DNA of 63,981 nucleotides, filler included, from Hyphochytrium catenoides (lineage: Eukaryota; Protista; Hyphochytriomycota): assembly GCA_900088475.1 (NCBI GenBank). It is 12 parts of 12 records of this genome, joined end to end, with 100 filler letters (N's around TTAATTAATTAA, not from the genome) between each part and the next. Parts side by side here need not be neighbours in the genome. Positions count along the whole stretch, not along the records: positions 62,927 to 63,981 come from FLMG01002301.1; 11 more parts are not named here. The stretch is one strand, 5' to 3'. Positions within the stretch are counted from its first letter, which is position 1. Each line of letters starts with the position of its first letter. Positions 62,927 to 63,981 of this stretch are shown in pieces. Below the pieces are notes generated by a model that did not search any database, was not told where the DNA came from, and was given only the letters and a program-made list of their open reading frames with translations. The translations under genes were made by a program, and so were the position numbers.

Positions 62927-63914
62927 AAGGTGTGTTGAACGCCGTTTTGTGCACGTCTGACTCCGCCACTCGCACCTGATAGTATCCCTTTGTCAAATCA
63001 ATGCTGCTGAAAACCTTGTTTCCATGCAGTTTGGAGACAATGGCATCGAAGGATGGCAAGGCAAAGTTAAATTTCTGGCTGACTTGATTCAGCGCGCGGT
63101 AGTCCACGCAGAAGCGGAACTTGCCATTCTGCCTCACCATCAGCATTGGGGCGCCATAGGGAGAGAGAGAGGGCCTGATCATGCCCTTCGCCGTTAGATC
63201 CTTCAGAGTCCTTCGTAGCGCCTCCAATTCTTCTGGTCCAAGCTTGTATGCGGGGCGGAAAGGCGGCTTTGATCCAGGAGTGATAGGGATGGTACAATCA
63301 ACCACACGCTCCGGAGGAAGCTCGGGTGGCAGGGGCCCTTCGGGGAAGAGATGAGAGTACTTAGCGTATAGAGCTGCTGCCTCCTTAGGCGCCTCGTATG
63401 GCAAATTGTCGGGAAAGATCTCCTTAAACTTAGCCAGCACTTCCTTTGCTTCAAGAGAGTGCAACTCTGTTCCGTGTGCCTCCTCCTCCTCAGGGCGCAT
63501 GGACAGCAGAAATAGCTCGGGCTCCTCGTCGCGGTCCAGCAGATTACTCAGTTGGGTGAAGGACATCACATTGTTAGAGCCGTAAGGGTCGACCCTTTTG
63601 ACCATGCGTCCCTTGATCGTGAGTGATTTTCTTTCACAGTCCACAGTAACACCATTATCCTCCAGCCAATTCATACCCAGTATGATCGGGAAAGAGGTCT
63701 TCGCGGCTACCGCGAAGGTAGTACGGGATCTACAGTGCTTGCTGCCTGGAGCGCCTCCCACTCGGAAGCGTACTGAGACTTCGACCTTGGCCCGCTGGTC
63801 AAGCGTAAAACTCTCACCAGAACCTACCACCGCTCTCCTTGGCGACACCTTCTCCACTGGTATAGAAAACAACCCAGGAGGCCGTCCGGCCAAGAAATGA
63901 AGCCTCCGTGCCAT
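62927..63914 (-). mobile_element. Ty3/gypsy retrotransposon pol fragment (protease C-terminal half plus RT N-terminal part)
   Basis: IILGMNWL, LPPER, GMIRPSLSPYGAP, RFCVDYRALN, FSSIDLTKGYYQVRV, KTAFNTP. Confidence 0.95.
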
Positions 63915-63981
63915 CGGGATAGGAGACGGGAACCCCGATGGTACACGAGCTTCAATTCCCTTCGACCCTGGCGGTGGAGTG

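Overview
Eukaryotic nuclear DNA with GT-AG introns and very dense (CT)n/(GA)n microsatellites. The gene set (eEF3, FKBP-TPR-cyclophilin fusion, Zwilch-like protein) suggests a protist, plausibly a stramenopile alga; this is inference. The window is not one contig. Eleven 100-nt spacers (N44-TTAATTAATTAA-N44) join 12 segments, so adjacency across them is unproven. Host genes I can support: a myristoylated CaMK-type kinase, a TMEM198/TM7S3-like membrane protein, a galactose-binding-like protein ending in KEEL, a Nop6-type RRM plus NURR protein, a Sen15-like subunit, an unknown membrane protein, a Zwilch-like kinetochore protein, a dual immunophilin (FCBP), a kinesin, an Mrs2/CorA Mg transporter, an intronless eEF3 and a proline dehydrogenase 5' exon. 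Mobile elements: Sola3-like, copia (with LTRs), CRE-like LINE and gypsy relics. The best novelty candidate is the gap-to-gap ORF 55290-56948. It appears to be a piggyBac/IS4-type DDE transposase with a YqaJ/lambda-exonuclease PD-(D/E)XK domain and a SAP domain nested inside it. Second is a recurrent intron layout of 5' (GA)n and 3' (CT)n that could fold the splice sites together. All protein calls come from manual translation and motif recognition; no searches were run.
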